Origin: an uncultured cyanobacterium | GTDB taxonomy: Bacteria > Cyanobacteriota > Cyanobacteriia > PCC-9006 > JAAUQQ01 | Direction of reading: 5' to 3' | Assembly: GCA_963718615.1 (NCBI GenBank) | Contig: OY970368.1 | Coordinates: forward strand, 1,536,001 to 1,600,000 | DNA length: 64,000 nt | In this document: positions 1-11,428 of the stretch, piece by piece | Numbering within the stretch: the first letter of the stretch is position 1 | Layout: every line of letters starts with the position of its first letter | Translations under genes and position numbers: made by a program | The notes under the pieces: model-generated | Databases searched by the model: none | What the model saw: only the letters and a program-made list of their open reading frames with translations | What the model was told of the DNA's origin: nothing

Positions 1-134
1 AAAAGCTCCAGGTTTCGATTCAAGGAGATGCATTACGAGTTAGCAGTAAATCTAAGGATGACCTGCAATATGTGATTCAATTTCTCAAGCAAGGGGACTG
101 GCCGGTGGCGCTTCAGTTTACCAACTATCGTTAG
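1..134 (+). CDS. yajQ: YajQ family nucleotide/c-di-GMP-binding protein, 3' end (partial)
   Basis: Frame from nt 3 reads [43 protein letters not shown], the characteristic YajQ C-terminus. Confidence 0.9.
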   Translation, partial: KLQVSIQGDALRVSSKSKDDLQYVIQFLKQGDWPVALQFTNYR

Positions 135-149
135 GGTCGGCGATGAATT

Positions 150-731
150 ATGACGCCTGCTGAGCTTACGCAGATTTTGACGGAACGCTTTGGAGAGACC
201 GCTGTGGTCTTATCTCCCGAAGCTATTCAAATTGATACCCCCGAGTTTCGGCTGCTTGCACTGCTCTCGGAGGATCAGCAGTGGCTGCGGCTGTTGCTGC
301 CGATTGTGCCCCTACAGGAAGCCGAGCCCTATCTCAAACAGGCACTTCAGGCTAACTTTGACGAGACGCAACTGGTTCGTTATGCCGTTGAGCAGGACAT
401 TCTCTGGGCGGTGTACCATCACCATCTGGGGCGATTGGATCCGGAGGAGTTGGCGGTGGCGATCGCCCAGCTCCTAGCCCTCCAGCAAGCGGGCATCACC
501 TCCTTGTTCAACCATCAGCTTGAAACCCAGCTCCGTCAAATCATCTGGGCCAGCAAACGTCAGGGTCAAACCCTCGCCACGACTCTTCAAACCTTGGAGC
601 GCTTCTATGCAGAGGGCATGATGGGGGAGCTTGACCAATCCGCTGAATCTCGCGATCGCACCCTAGCAGCCTGGCGTAACCAGCTCAATCGCCTCTGGGA
701 CACCATCGATCCTGCCGACCCGACTCCCTAG
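150..731 (+). CDS. Conserved cyanobacterial hypothetical protein (YbjN/T3SS-chaperone-like N-terminal domain)
   Basis: 193-aa ORF; WLRLLLPI...LQANFD...RYA motif resembles YbjN-like chaperone folds. Confidence 0.6.
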   Translation: MTPAELTQILTERFGETAVVLSPEAIQIDTPEFRLLALLSEDQQWLRLLLPIVPLQEAEPYLKQALQANFDETQLVRYAVEQDILWAVYHHHLGRLDPEELAVAIAQLLALQQAGITSLFNHQLETQLRQIIWASKRQGQTLATTLQTLERFYAEGMMGELDQSAESRDRTLAAWRNQLNRLWDTIDPADPTP

Positions 732-850
732 GGCTTAGAGGAGGTAGGGATGACCGTCTGCACTCAGCCTCTAGAGCAAGCTACAATCAGCCCAAGACGA
801 TGCTGGCACCCGCTGCAAGGCCGTCCTGCCCTCTAGAGAGACCACAATGC

Positions 851-1171
851 ATGGATAGCAATAACCTATTGCGACAGCTCATGATGATTGGCGTTGGCAC
901 CACGTCCCTCGTCGCCGATAAGCTGCGCGAAGTCAGCGAAGAATGGGTCAATACCGGACGACTAGACCCGAACCAAGCCTCTGCGTTTGTGGATGATTTT
1001 CTCAAGCAATTTAAGGCCGATCCGGGCAATTTTGAAGCGCAGTTTCAGCGCCAACTGCAAAATCTACTCCAGGAGTTGGGGGTGCCTCGCCAGAACGAGA
1101 TGGACGAACTCCGAGGCCGTTTGGATCGCCTTGAACGCAAACTACGAGAATTGGAGAATCGCCACTGGTAA
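851..1171 (+). CDS. Phasin-family (PhaF/PhaI-like) small coiled-coil protein
   Basis: MDSNNLLRQLMMIGVGTTS...EMDELRGRLDRLE; start moved to ATG 851. Confidence 0.75.
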   Translation: MDSNNLLRQLMMIGVGTTSLVADKLREVSEEWVNTGRLDPNQASAFVDDFLKQFKADPGNFEAQFQRQLQNLLQELGVPRQNEMDELRGRLDRLERKLRELENRHW

Positions 1172-1213
1172 ACTGGGGTGCAGTGAAATCAGTCACCCTG
1201 AGGAGCAATCCCT

Positions 1214-1798
1214 GTGCGCGAAATTTTTATCAGCTTGGGCGTGATGGTTGCCTGTTTGGCAATCTTTTTGGTGGCCCAGTTTAGTGGTCCGACCCCGAGT
1301 GCAACGGCGGCTCGTCTCGACGAAGCTGAAATGACCGCTGATCTTCTGGCTAGTATCCCTCGCGCTCAATCGATTAGCTTGGGCGTGCCAAAACCGGCTG
1401 AAGCAACCCTCTCTGATCCATCCATGTCTGAAGATTCTAATCCGATGTCCGAAAGCTTAACAACCACTCCCTCTGGCCTCCAGTATGAAGATCTAGTGGC
1501 AGGGGAAGGTGCATCGCCCCAAACCGGTCAGCGTGTGTCGGTTCATTACACCGGCACGTTGGAAGATGGGACGCAATTTGATAGCTCGCGCGATCGCAAC
1601 CGTCCCTTTGAATTCAAAATCGGCGTGGGCCAAGTCATCAAGGGCTGGGATGAAGGCGTGGCCTCGATGCAAGTGGGCGGTCGCCGTAAGCTATTGATTC
1701 CGCCGGATCTGGCCTATGGCGAACGGGGTGCCGGGGGGGTAATTCCCCCCAATGCCACACTGATTTTTGATGTTGAACTGTTGCGGATTGCGGGTTAG
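1214..1798 (+). CDS. FKBP-type peptidyl-prolyl cis-trans isomerase with N-terminal signal/anchor
   Basis: [43 protein letters not shown]. Confidence 0.95.
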   Translation: MREIFISLGVMVACLAIFLVAQFSGPTPSATAARLDEAEMTADLLASIPRAQSISLGVPKPAEATLSDPSMSEDSNPMSESLTTTPSGLQYEDLVAGEGASPQTGQRVSVHYTGTLEDGTQFDSSRDRNRPFEFKIGVGQVIKGWDEGVASMQVGGRRKLLIPPDLAYGERGAGGVIPPNATLIFDVELLRIAG

Positions 1799-1807
1799 GA
1801 GCACTAG

Positions 1808-2872
1808 TTAGCGATAGGCAGCCAGGGCCACGCGCAGCCGATCCACTTCAAAGCTCCGGGGATCAAAGCGATCGCCGGAGCGATCAATGGCCTGGTGGGT
1901 CGTAATCCGATCTAGGGACACGCGACTCTGGCCGATGAGCCAAGCCAGAGAATCATACTGGGCCTGGGTATAGCCGCTGTGGATGGGTTCGTCGCCATAA
2001 CCATCCGGTGGGCTTTCTAGGGAAATGTGATAGGCAAAGTTATTTACCGACGGCGGCAGTTTGGGGTGGGTTTTGACCGTTTCCGCTTGACCATCGACAC
2101 CAACAAAGATGGAGTTTCCTGCGCCGTAGGCCCGCTTTTCGGGTGGCACCAAATAGACCACTGTGCCATTGCGCCGAATCAGCGTGTGATAGCTAGCCTG
2201 GTCTTCGTCGTTGGGATGGGGCGTCTGGAAAAAGGCGATGGCTGAATCCGCCGAGGAAACGGTTTCATGCAAAACAATAATGGGCAGATGATTCGCGGGC
2301 TTTTGGTCGATATCCTTAGCGAAGCGATCGCCATAGTTCGTCGGATCAGCCCAGGCAATTTCATAGGCAGGCTGTCGGCTGGCTAACCCAACCTTGCCTG
2401 TCGTATTCACATTCGTCACGGGAGCCATACTCTGGGCAACGGGGTCATCGGTGACGGAGCGGACTGGTAACGCCGGGTTATTGATCGAGGCGCTGGACTG
2501 ACTAGGGCTGGACTGACTGGAGCTGGCCTGCGGAGTTGATGGGGAGAGTGCCGCCGGGGGGGTGGGAGGAACAGTTGATGCCGGCAAAGGGACCTGACCC
2601 ACAACCGACTTCGACCGCTGTTCAAAGCGATCAATCCCGGTCTTCGGTGTTGAGGCCGAAGGGGGCACAGCCTTGGAATTGGAAGGTATTGCTGCTGCCG
2701 GACTTGCCGCTGCCGGAGGAGAAGCAGAGACTAAAGCGGGTATTTCCTGTGCGTCTCCCGTTTGGGCGATCGCCCCCGGCAGCAGTTTGATCGCAAAAAA
2801 ACTACAAAACCCAAAGAGAAAACACCCAATCAGGACCAGGTAGGTTGTCGGGTTGCGGAGATCCAGTCTCAT
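1808..2872 (-). CDS. N-acetylmuramoyl-L-alanine amidase (Amidase_2 type) with TM anchor and Pro/Ser linker
   Basis: IVLHET, ASYHTLI, RAYGAG, ITTH...DP motifs. Confidence 0.85.
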   Translation of the reverse strand: MRLDLRNPTTYLVLIGCFLFGFCSFFAIKLLPGAIAQTGDAQEIPALVSASPPAAASPAAAIPSNSKAVPPSASTPKTGIDRFEQRSKSVVGQVPLPASTVPPTPPAALSPSTPQASSSQSSPSQSSASINNPALPVRSVTDDPVAQSMAPVTNVNTTGKVGLASRQPAYEIAWADPTNYGDRFAKDIDQKPANHLPIIVLHETVSSADSAIAFFQTPHPNDEDQASYHTLIRRNGTVVYLVPPEKRAYGAGNSIFVGVDGQAETVKTHPKLPPSVNNFAYHISLESPPDGYGDEPIHSGYTQAQYDSLAWLIGQSRVSLDRITTHQAIDRSGDRFDPRSFEVDRLRVALAAYR

Positions 2873-3062
2873 AGGGGGGCGGGAAAGGAAGATGAGAGAA
2901 ACAATTGAGCCTTAAGTCAACCAGCACATGAACCAGCACATGAACCAGCTATCAGTCCACCAGTTATGCCCTACACCGTAACGGATCCTTGAGAACTTAT
3001 TTGTTCGGTTCAAGACACAACATCCATCACCGTCTCGTTGCTCACCGGGTAATCCTGGCGGG

Positions 3063-4799
3063 TTAAGCCCCTGATTGCGGATGGAATCGGTAAACTAGCT
3101 GGGTTTCCCAAGGCTCAAGGGAGCCGTCGACGAGTTGGCTCAAGGGATAAGCACGACGGTCGAGTTTCATTTGTAACCCAACAAACGAATCCGTGCCATC
3201 GGAGACAAGCAGCTCAAGCTGTTTAATTTCACTCCAGGTACTCAGGTCTTGGAGGAGCCGCTGCATGGCCTGGTAGGTTGCCGCATCGGGTTGACGGTAC
3301 CAGTCGGCGGGTGCGCCGTCGAAATGGGTGAAGCCTATCTGCACAATGAGCGATCGCCCCCCAAAGACCGCGATCGCCACGGGACGAGGCTCTTCTTGCA
3401 AATCAAACCCCTGCTGCTGCACCCAGCCCCGCAGTTTTTCCAACCGTTGGTAGCGCTGTTGCAGCGTCAGCGGTTCGTCGTTCCACTGGATCGCCAGGGT
3501 CGTCAAGAACGTGCGCAGGAACAAATGGCCCAGCTTTTCAGCCTTCGTCGCCAAATACTGGGAGTTAAATTCCGTCGCTTCAATCAACAGCGGCACGCGA
3601 TCAACCACTTCCAGGCCATAGCCCTTGAGTCCGGCGATTTTACGGGGATTATTGGTAATCAGCCGAATTTTGTGGATCCCCAGGTCATTGAGAATCTGAG
3701 CCCCAACGCCGTAGTTGCGCAGATCCGCCGGGAAACCCAGGCGCTCATTGGCTTCGACGGTATCTAGACCCAAATCCTGAAGGGAATAGGCTTTGAGCTT
3801 ATTAATCAGGCCAATGCCTCGACCTTCCTGCCGCAGATAGACCACAACCCCCTGGTCCGCATTTTCGATCATCTTGAGCGCCGCCTGGAGCTGCATCCGG
3901 CAGTCGCAGCGCAGCGACCCCAGGGCATCCCCGGTCAAACATTCCGAGTGCATCCGCACCATCACCGGTTCCTGGGTAAACCGCTGGGGATCGCCCTTGA
4001 CGATGGCCACATGCTCCGAGTTATCCAGGGTATTGCGATAGGCATAAATCTGGAATCGGCCAAATTCACTAGGCAAATTCGTGACGGTTTCTCGGACGAC
4101 AAACCGTTCATTTTGTAGCCGATAACTAATCAGATCCGCAATGCTAATCAGCTTCAATTTGTGCTCACGGGCATAGCTGACCAATTGGGGTAACCGCGCC
4201 ATCGAGCCATCAAAATTTTGAATTTCGCAAATCACCCCCGCCGGATAAAGTCCGGCCAAGCTCACCAGATCGACCGCTGCTTCGGTATGGCCTGCCCGTT
4301 GCAAAACGCCGCCAGACTTGGCCCGTAATGGGAAAATATGGCCGGGGCGGCGTAAATCCGCAGGTTTGGTTTGGGGATTGATGATGGCCTGGATGGTGCG
4401 AGCGCGGTCTTCGGCAGAAATACCTGTGGTGACTCCTAACTGAGGCGAGGCATCCACACTGACGGTAAACGCAGTTTGGTTGCTGTCGGTGTTTTTGTTC
4501 ACCATCAGCGGTAAATCGAGCTCGTCGAGGCGATCGCCCGTTGCCGCCAAACAAATCAACCCCCTGGCTTCCACCGCCATAAAGTTAATCATGTCGGGGG
4601 TGGCAAACTGGGCTGCACCGATCAGATCGCCCTCGTTTTCACGACCTTCATCATCAACCACCACGATGGCCCGACCCGCCTTTAAATCCAGCAGAGCCGC
4701 TTCAATGGGGTCAAACTGAAACTCTGGCAGCGCTTCCGCTTGGGGATCCAGGTCAGGATTGAATGAAGGGTTGGCGTTGGTAGAAGATGAAGCGTTCAA
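3063..4799 (-). CDS. ribBA: Bifunctional DHBP synthase / GTP cyclohydrolase II with cyanobacterial C-terminal extension (start uncertain)
   Basis: [47 protein letters not shown]. Confidence 0.95.
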   Translation of the reverse strand: MNASSSTNANPSFNPDLDPQAEALPEFQFDPIEAALLDLKAGRAIVVVDDEGRENEGDLIGAAQFATPDMINFMAVEARGLICLAATGDRLDELDLPLMVNKNTDSNQTAFTVSVDASPQLGVTTGISAEDRARTIQAIINPQTKPADLRRPGHIFPLRAKSGGVLQRAGHTEAAVDLVSLAGLYPAGVICEIQNFDGSMARLPQLVSYAREHKLKLISIADLISYRLQNERFVVRETVTNLPSEFGRFQIYAYRNTLDNSEHVAIVKGDPQRFTQEPVMVRMHSECLTGDALGSLRCDCRMQLQAALKMIENADQGVVVYLRQEGRGIGLINKLKAYSLQDLGLDTVEANERLGFPADLRNYGVGAQILNDLGIHKIRLITNNPRKIAGLKGYGLEVVDRVPLLIEATEFNSQYLATKAEKLGHLFLRTFLTTLAIQWNDEPLTLQQRYQRLEKLRGWVQQQGFDLQEEPRPVAIAVFGGRSLIVQIGFTHFDGAPADWYRQPDAATYQAMQRLLQDLSTWSEIKQLELLVSDGTDSFVGLQMKLDRRAYPLSQLVDGSLEPWETQLVYRFHPQSGA

Positions 4800-5104
4800 A
4801 GACAATAACCTTGGCGACAAACTGAAGAACAAAGGACAAAAACAAAAAAGGCATTTTTTCTTCTCTTGGCTATCAAATCCAAGGAGAGGGATCAAAGGCC
4901 CTGTCTTGATTGTATCTGCTTTAGCAAAACCCATTCTGGTGTTGGGCCTGTTGACCGGCTAACTTGCAGCATTCTTCTCCTAAATCTAAGTCCTCCCTTC
5001 CTGGAACCGCCCAAGCGTGAATCTGCCTCACCCCCGTAGCAAGCAATACCTTGCCAAGTGAGTTTCCTCCAAATAATGGAGATAACGTCCTAAGGTAAAG
5101 TGCC

Positions 5105-6832
5105 ATGCCTCGCATTGTCATCTGTGGGCTAGGCCAAACGGGCCAGAGAATTTTTTCGCTGCTGTATCACCAGGGAGCAGATGTCGTCGGAATTCATCCG
5201 GAACGGCTCAGCACGGGTCCCCTCGCGATGGGGCCGATGGCTGAGCGCCTGATTGTGGGGGATGGACGACTAACGGCAACGCTGTTGCAAGCGGGGATTC
5301 GCGAGGCTCAGGTACTGATTTTAGCCAGCAGTGACGATACGTTGAATTTGGCGGTTTTGGTTCAAGCGCGGGTGCTCAACGCTCGGTTATGCATTATTAA
5401 CCGTCTGTTTAATACCAGTTTGGGGGAACGACTCGATCGCACGTTGGTCAATCATGTTTCCATGAGCGTGTCGGCCCTGTCCGCCCCCATTTTTACGTTT
5501 GCGGCGTTGGGGAGTCAGGCGATCGGCCAACTCCAACTTTTCGGTCAGACCTGGCCAATCTATGAAGAACACATTGATGACCATCATCCCTGGCTAGGGC
5601 GTCTCCTGAGTGATCTTTGGGACGATCGCGATCGCATGCTGATCTATCACCGCCTCCAGGGAGAAGCCACGGGCTTGGTGCAGGGATTGTTTGATGCCCG
5701 TTGCTTGCAGGTGGGCGATCGCCTCGTCGTGGCCACCCGGCCCAGTGTCTTTCGCCGTCGCAATTCTTTCAAACGCCTAGCGACTCGATGCATCAATGGG
5801 TTACGTCGGTTTCAGCAGTATGGGCGATCGACTCTTTTGGTGACCTTACTGTTGTTGAGCGCGGTGGCGATCGCCACACTCACCTACATTTCCGACAATG
5901 CCCCCACCTCCATGATTGATGCGCTCTATTTTGCCGTGGGTATGATTACCGGCGCGGGGGGCAATGAGTTTGTCGTGGAAGGGGCTCCAGCCTGGGTCAA
6001 GCTCTTTACGGTGCTGATGATGCTGGTGGGGGCAGCAATCATTGGTATTTTCTACGCCCTGTTGAATGATTTCATCCTCGGCAGCCGCTTTCGGCAGCTC
6101 TGGCAAGTGGCCCAAGTCCCGGCGCGCCACCATTACATCGTCTGCGGTATGGGCGGCGTTGGGATTCAAATCACGCGCCAACTGCGGGCCAATGGCCATG
6201 ATGTCGTGGTGATTGAACAGGACCTCCACAATCGCTTTTTGGGAACGGCTCAATCGCTCAAAGTGCCTGTGATCCACGCCGACGCCACCCTGGCCAATAG
6301 CCTTCAGGCCGCCAACCTCAGTCGAGCCGCAGCGCTGTTGGCTGTCACCAGCCAGGACCTCACCAATATTGAAATTGCCCTGACGGCCAAGGGTCTTGCG
6401 CCCCGTTTACCGGTGATTGTCCGCTCCTACGACCCCGAGTTCGCGCGCAAAGCCCCCCAAGTTTTTGAGTTTGATGCGGTCTTGAGTCCGGCAGAATTGG
6501 CAGCGCCTTCCTTTGCGGCGGCGGCCTTGGGCGGTCGAGTTTTGGGAAATGGCACGATCGCCGGTAGTCTTTGGGTTGCCCTGGCAACCTTGATCACACC
6601 TCACCACCCCCTCTGCGGACAATCGGTGAAGCAGGCAGCGATCGCCACCGACTTTGTCCCGCTTTATCTAGAGGCCCCTGAGCACACCTCCCATGGCTGG
6701 GAATTATTAGATACGACCCTCCAGGCAGGCCACGTACTTTATTTGACCTTGCCTGCCCACCGGCTCGAACGCCTCTGGCAACCGACGGCTCAGACCTTCA
6801 TTGACGCTTTTCCATCCTCCATGACATTCTGA
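5105..6832 (+). CDS. TrkA-N/RCK domain-containing ion (K+) channel family protein
   Basis: Two GxGxxG RCK domains (CGLGQTG, CGMGGVG) flanking a TM-pore-TM segment. Confidence 0.85.
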   Translation: MPRIVICGLGQTGQRIFSLLYHQGADVVGIHPERLSTGPLAMGPMAERLIVGDGRLTATLLQAGIREAQVLILASSDDTLNLAVLVQARVLNARLCIINRLFNTSLGERLDRTLVNHVSMSVSALSAPIFTFAALGSQAIGQLQLFGQTWPIYEEHIDDHHPWLGRLLSDLWDDRDRMLIYHRLQGEATGLVQGLFDARCLQVGDRLVVATRPSVFRRRNSFKRLATRCINGLRRFQQYGRSTLLVTLLLLSAVAIATLTYISDNAPTSMIDALYFAVGMITGAGGNEFVVEGAPAWVKLFTVLMMLVGAAIIGIFYALLNDFILGSRFRQLWQVAQVPARHHYIVCGMGGVGIQITRQLRANGHDVVVIEQDLHNRFLGTAQSLKVPVIHADATLANSLQAANLSRAAALLAVTSQDLTNIEIALTAKGLAPRLPVIVRSYDPEFARKAPQVFEFDAVLSPAELAAPSFAAAALGGRVLGNGTIAGSLWVALATLITPHHPLCGQSVKQAAIATDFVPLYLEAPEHTSHGWELLDTTLQAGHVLYLTLPAHRLERLWQPTAQTFIDAFPSSMTF

Positions 6833-6913
6833 ATGGGCAACGCTCAGATGGCCTCAGCTTTCCCAACTGGTTTCCCAACTGGGATCTAACCGTCTGCTCA
6901 CATTTCCCTTCCT

Positions 6914-7357
6914 ATGGCACGAGGACTGGTTTGGCTACCCCTATTGGCTCTTTTCATCGGTCTCGCCTGGGCGGGATGGAATGAGTTCCGCAAGGTCGAA
7001 GCCTTTCGGGCTTGGGCGGCTTCGTTTGAAGCGGCCAAGTATGACCTATACTCCGTCCTTGGGCTCACGCCCGATCACCTAGTCGTGGGCAAACCAACCC
7101 GTCAGGGACCCATCGACCTAGAGACGATCGCCTTGGCCCAAATCCAGGGGGTTTATCTGCGTTTGGACGGCCAGCGTCAGCCAGACGCCGCCGTTGATCC
7201 CGCAGTGAAGACCGCAGTTGATGGGAATGAGCGCGCACGCTGTATTGAGCTGTGCTTAGAGTTAGGCGATCGCATCAAACCCATCCGCTTTACCGAGGTC
7301 GATCGGGCTCGGGCGTGGACTGCAAAATTGCTGTCGATCCAGGGAGAGCTTCGCTAG
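6914..7357 (+). CDS. Conserved cyanobacterial hypothetical protein with N-terminal TM helix
   Basis: MARGLVWLPLLALFIGLAWAGWNE...AKYDLYSVLG. Confidence 0.7.
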   Translation: MARGLVWLPLLALFIGLAWAGWNEFRKVEAFRAWAASFEAAKYDLYSVLGLTPDHLVVGKPTRQGPIDLETIALAQIQGVYLRLDGQRQPDAAVDPAVKTAVDGNERARCIELCLELGDRIKPIRFTEVDRARAWTAKLLSIQGELR

Positions 7358-7422
7358 ATGATCCCTCCGGAGCGTCAAAGGATGTTGATTTCTGCTTGGG
7401 TTCCCTTAACCGTAGAAGACTG

Positions 7423-8595
7423 ATGCCCAAAAGGTCCTCCCCTCCTCCATCCACCGCTCGGCCTCCCCGAGCCAATCGTGCCGAACGGGTTGCCCGCCTC
7501 GCCAAAAGTCGTGCGGCCCGTTCAGGAGCTCGTTCAGGGACAGAAATTCCTGCAACCCAGCCGCGACGTCGCCGCCCCGCTTCGCCTCCTCGGTCCGTGT
7601 CTCGCAGCGATTTAAGCCAGCGTCGCCAAACCCTGCGCCGTAAGCGGGGGGTCAATCATCTCAAGCAGCTCTGGCGACTCGCCTTTGTGGGGGCCGCCGC
7701 CGTTGGCCTAGGCTGGCTCATGACCCAACCCATTTGGGTTCTCAGCAGTCCTGAGCAAATTCATTTCAAGGGCAATGTCACGGCCAGCGAAGCCGCCCTG
7801 CGGGCGCTAGTTCCCATTGATTACCCCCAATCTTTGCTCAAACTTGAACCTCGGCAGTTAGAAACCGACCTGTTGGCCAAGGCTCCCCTGCAATCGGCAC
7901 AGATTTCTCGACAGATATTCCCACCGGGTCTACAAATTCAGGTCCAAGAACGGCATCCGGTGGCGATCGCCGAACTCATGGACCCCCTGCCTGTCACTGA
8001 ATCAGTCGCCACGAGCGACGCATCTACCAGAAACGCATCTACTCCCAGCAACGCATCGACCAGCGGCGCATCCGCCCCGGAAAAACCAGCAGTGAGTGCC
8101 GACCGTACTCCAGCTGTCCCCCCTAGCCCTGCCCCCACCCGCCCCACCCAAGTTCTCTTAGATGAAACAGGAGAATGGGTTCCACTCGATCACTACCAGG
8201 CCCAAGGACAATTGTTCCAGTTGCCCAAGCTCAAGGTCTTGGGGATGCGGGCTGAATATCGCCAAGCTTGGTCGGAGCTGTATCAAGTGATTCGCCAAAG
8301 CCCCATTCAAGTCTCAGAAATTGATTGGCGTAATCCTTCCAATATCAAACTCAAAACCGATCTGGGGGAAGTCCATGTTGGGCCTTACAGTCCCCAGTTT
8401 GCGCAACAACTAGAAGTCCTCGATCGCATGCGACACTTGGCCAACCACCAAGAAGCTAATCGGGTTGAATTCATTGACTTGCGCATTCCGTCTGTGCCAA
8501 GACTCACGATGAAATCGGAATTGCGCAACCCTTCTCCAGAAATTGCCCCAGACCAATCCTCCGAAGCCCCTCCAACTATTACCTCAGAGGAATGA
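7423..8595 (+). CDS. ftsQ: Cell division protein FtsQ/DivIB
   Basis: Basic N-terminus, single TM, POTRA-like region (IQVQERHPVA), directly upstream of ftsZ. Confidence 0.85.
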   Translation: MPKRSSPPPSTARPPRANRAERVARLAKSRAARSGARSGTEIPATQPRRRRPASPPRSVSRSDLSQRRQTLRRKRGVNHLKQLWRLAFVGAAAVGLGWLMTQPIWVLSSPEQIHFKGNVTASEAALRALVPIDYPQSLLKLEPRQLETDLLAKAPLQSAQISRQIFPPGLQIQVQERHPVAIAELMDPLPVTESVATSDASTRNASTPSNASTSGASAPEKPAVSADRTPAVPPSPAPTRPTQVLLDETGEWVPLDHYQAQGQLFQLPKLKVLGMRAEYRQAWSELYQVIRQSPIQVSEIDWRNPSNIKLKTDLGEVHVGPYSPQFAQQLEVLDRMRHLANHQEANRVEFIDLRIPSVPRLTMKSELRNPSPEIAPDQSSEAPPTITSEE

Positions 8596-8825
8596 AGCCT
8601 GGAAAGGAATGAAGCCTGGGATACAAATGTCATCTTTACTTTTGAAATAGAAGATGTCAAAAAATACCGGAATGAATTCAGCATTTAGGCTGATTTCGCC
8701 GACTTTAGAGAGGCTCAATACCAAACCCGTCATTGGTTTTTCAGGCGATTTACCCTATAGTTGACTAGGATTACACGACATAGCGTTAGAATAGCGATTC
8801 ATAATGTAGAGGCCCCTCCCTCAAG

Positions 8826-10118
8826 ATGGCACTTGATAATCCGAATCACAACCACAGGTCTTCTGCTGCTGAGGAGCAATCCGTATTTTCAATGACCTCT
8901 GTCGCATCTCAATCTATGGGTAACTCTGGGTTTGGTATGGCCCATCACGACAGTGGTCATTCCACTGAATCGGGTGCTCAGCCAGCTGGCATAATGCCGA
9001 GCAGCATCGCCAAGATCAAAGTGATTGGTGTTGGAGGGGGCGGCAGCAATGCGGTCAATCGCATGATTGCCAGCGACGTCAGCGGCGTCGAATTTTGGGC
9101 GATTAATACAGATGCTCAGGCCCTAGTGGGGGCGGCTTCGCCCCAGCGTTTACAAATTGGCCAAAAGCTCACCCGTGGATTGGGGGCAGGGGGCAATCCT
9201 GCCATTGGCCATAAGGCGGCGGAAGAATCGCGAGATGAAATTGCCGCAGCCCTGGAGGGGGCCGATTTAGTTTTTATTACCGCAGGTATGGGCGGTGGGA
9301 CGGGTACGGGAGCTGCCCCCATTGTGGCGGAGGTGGCTAAGGAATTGGGGGCGTTGACCGTTGGGATTGTAACCCGACCTTTTATGTTTGAAGGGCGTCG
9401 CCGTACCTCCCAAGCCGATGAAGGGATTTCAGCGCTGCGAGGCAGTGTGGATACGCTGATTGTGATTCCCAATGACAAGTTGCTCACCGTTATTTCTGAC
9501 CAGACCCCGGTTCAAGAAGCGTTCCGTATGGCCGATGATGTCCTGCGCCAAGGGGTTCAGGGTATTTCGGACATCATCATCATTCCAGGGCTGGTGAACG
9601 TTGACTTTGCTGATGTGCGGGCGGTGATGGCCGATGCGGGGTCGGCGCTGATGGGTATTGGGGTGGGTTCTGGTAAGTCACGCGCGCGCGAGGCGGCGAC
9701 GGCGGCGATTTCCTCCCCCTTGCTTGAGTCTTCGATTGATGGAGCCAAGGGCGTTGTCTTCAACATTACCGGTGGCAATGATTTGACCCTTCACGAAGTC
9801 AATGCTGCCGCTGAGGCGATCTACGAGGTGGTTGATCCGGAGGCGAATATTATCTTTGGCGCGGTGATCGACGATCGCCTCCAGGGTGAAATTCGGATTA
9901 CGGTAATTGCCACGGGCTTTAGTACTGACAATAAGGTGGGTCGGATGGCTGCCCCCCGAGCGATCGCCGTTCCTCAACCGCCGCTATCCCCCCCGCCCAT
10001 CAGTTCGCCGCGACCTGCGGCAGCGCCACCCCCAGAACCGCAGCAGCCGCCCAATCGAGGCGGGGGAGGGGGCCTAGACATCCCTGAATTCCTCCAGCGT
10101 CGTCGTCCGAAGCCTTAA
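8826..10118 (+). CDS. ftsZ: Cell division protein FtsZ
   Basis: [29 protein letters not shown]-terminal LDIPEFL. Confidence 0.99.
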   Translation: MALDNPNHNHRSSAAEEQSVFSMTSVASQSMGNSGFGMAHHDSGHSTESGAQPAGIMPSSIAKIKVIGVGGGGSNAVNRMIASDVSGVEFWAINTDAQALVGAASPQRLQIGQKLTRGLGAGGNPAIGHKAAEESRDEIAAALEGADLVFITAGMGGGTGTGAAPIVAEVAKELGALTVGIVTRPFMFEGRRRTSQADEGISALRGSVDTLIVIPNDKLLTVISDQTPVQEAFRMADDVLRQGVQGISDIIIIPGLVNVDFADVRAVMADAGSALMGIGVGSGKSRAREAATAAISSPLLESSIDGAKGVVFNITGGNDLTLHEVNAAAEAIYEVVDPEANIIFGAVIDDRLQGEIRITVIATGFSTDNKVGRMAAPRAIAVPQPPLSPPPISSPRPAAAPPPEPQQPPNRGGGGGLDIPEFLQRRRPKP

Positions 10119-10126
10119 GGGTTGGC

Positions 10127-10990
10127 ATGGTTTTATCTTCTTGTCCCCCCGTAGCGTTGACGATCGCGGGCTCAGATAGTGGTGGTGGTGCGGGCATTCA
10201 GGCCGATCTGCGCACCTTTGCATTTCATCGGGTCCATGGAACCAGCGCGCTCACCTGTGTGACCGCTCAAAATACCCTTGGTGTCAGCCGAGTGGATGCG
10301 CTTTTGCCAGAGGCTGTCCTTGCCCAGATCGAGGCGGTAGCGAATGATATTGGCTTTCAAGCCGTTAAAACAGGAATGTTGCTGAATGCCGCGATTATTG
10401 CGGCGGTGGCTGAACGCCTACGGCTGCTGGGGGTGACCCAGTTAGTCGTCGATCCGGTCATGGTGTCTCGCACGGGGGCGCAGCTCATTGATGATGGGGC
10501 GATCGCCCAGCTCCAGCAATCCATGATTCCCCAAGCGCTGATTTTGACGCCCAATCGTTACGAGGCGGAGAGGTTGAGCGGGGTGGCGATCGCAGATCTC
10601 GACACCATGGAAAAGGCCGCCCAAATCATTGAACAACTCGGACCCCGATATGTGCTGGTGAAAGGGGGTGCGCTAACCGGCAAGCTGCGGGGGGTGGATT
10701 TGTGGTGGGATGGGCAGAGGGCAACGGTGTTGGAAACGGAAACGGTGGAGACAACCCATACCCATGGAACGGGCTGTACGCTGTCGGCTGCGATCGCGGC
10801 CAACCTCGCCCTCGGCTATGAACCGGAGCAGGCTGCGCGGCTCGCCAAGGATTACGTCACCCAAGCCCTGCACCATGCGCTGCCCATTGGTCAAGGCCAA
10901 GGCCCGGTGGGGCATTTTTATCCATTGTTCCAGGGGGTGTTGTCCCAGGTGGATTCCCAGTCGGGGCAGCGATCGCCTTCACAGCCGTAG
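10127..10990 (+). CDS. thiD: Hydroxymethylpyrimidine/phosphomethylpyrimidine kinase
   Basis: TIAGSDSGGGAGIQAD, KTGML, DPVM, THGTGCT. Confidence 0.96.
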   Translation: MVLSSCPPVALTIAGSDSGGGAGIQADLRTFAFHRVHGTSALTCVTAQNTLGVSRVDALLPEAVLAQIEAVANDIGFQAVKTGMLLNAAIIAAVAERLRLLGVTQLVVDPVMVSRTGAQLIDDGAIAQLQQSMIPQALILTPNRYEAERLSGVAIADLDTMEKAAQIIEQLGPRYVLVKGGALTGKLRGVDLWWDGQRATVLETETVETTHTHGTGCTLSAAIAANLALGYEPEQAARLAKDYVTQALHHALPIGQGQGPVGHFYPLFQGVLSQVDSQSGQRSPSQP

Positions 10991-11376
10991 GGATGAACGG
11001 CGCAAACCAACATCGTTTCGTTATAGGTGCTGCCATTGTAGTTGCGACAGCCCACGCAAACGGGATGTTCATTGACGAGGGGCGTCAGGGTTTGATTGAC
11101 CGGACGCAAGGCCTCCTCTAACAAGGATTCCGCCTGGAACGGCAAATTTTCCAGCGATGCAGACCAGGTTTCGAGCTGTTCTTCGACCTGTTTGGCCCAA
11201 ACCGGCGGTACGGTTTCGCTGAGCTGGTCAAGCTGTTGGCTAATCTGATCGCTGAACTGCTCTAGGGCTTCGTCCGTGGCGTCCAGGGTTTGATCAACGA
11301 AAGTAATAATCTGTGTCTCGACGGTTGTCGCAAGGCGATCGAGCGTTTGGAGCGAGGTCGTGAGCCAGTCTTCCAT
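10918..11376 (-). CDS. Conserved cyanobacterial protein with C-terminal Cys/His cluster
   Basis: MEDWL...CVGCRNY...VCAVHPYG...CPDW; start moved to ATG 11376; 3' end overlaps thiD. Confidence 0.7.
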   Translation of the reverse strand: MEDWLTTSLQTLDRLATTVETQIITFVDQTLDATDEALEQFSDQISQQLDQLSETVPPVWAKQVEEQLETWSASLENLPFQAESLLEEALRPVNQTLTPLVNEHPVCVGCRNYNGSTYNETMLVCAVHPYGCEGDRCPDWESTWDNTPWNNG

Positions 11377-11428
11377 GGAGGGAGAGAGATGATTAGGGAC
11401 AGAAGGAGTTTTAAGGCTGAATCGCGGC

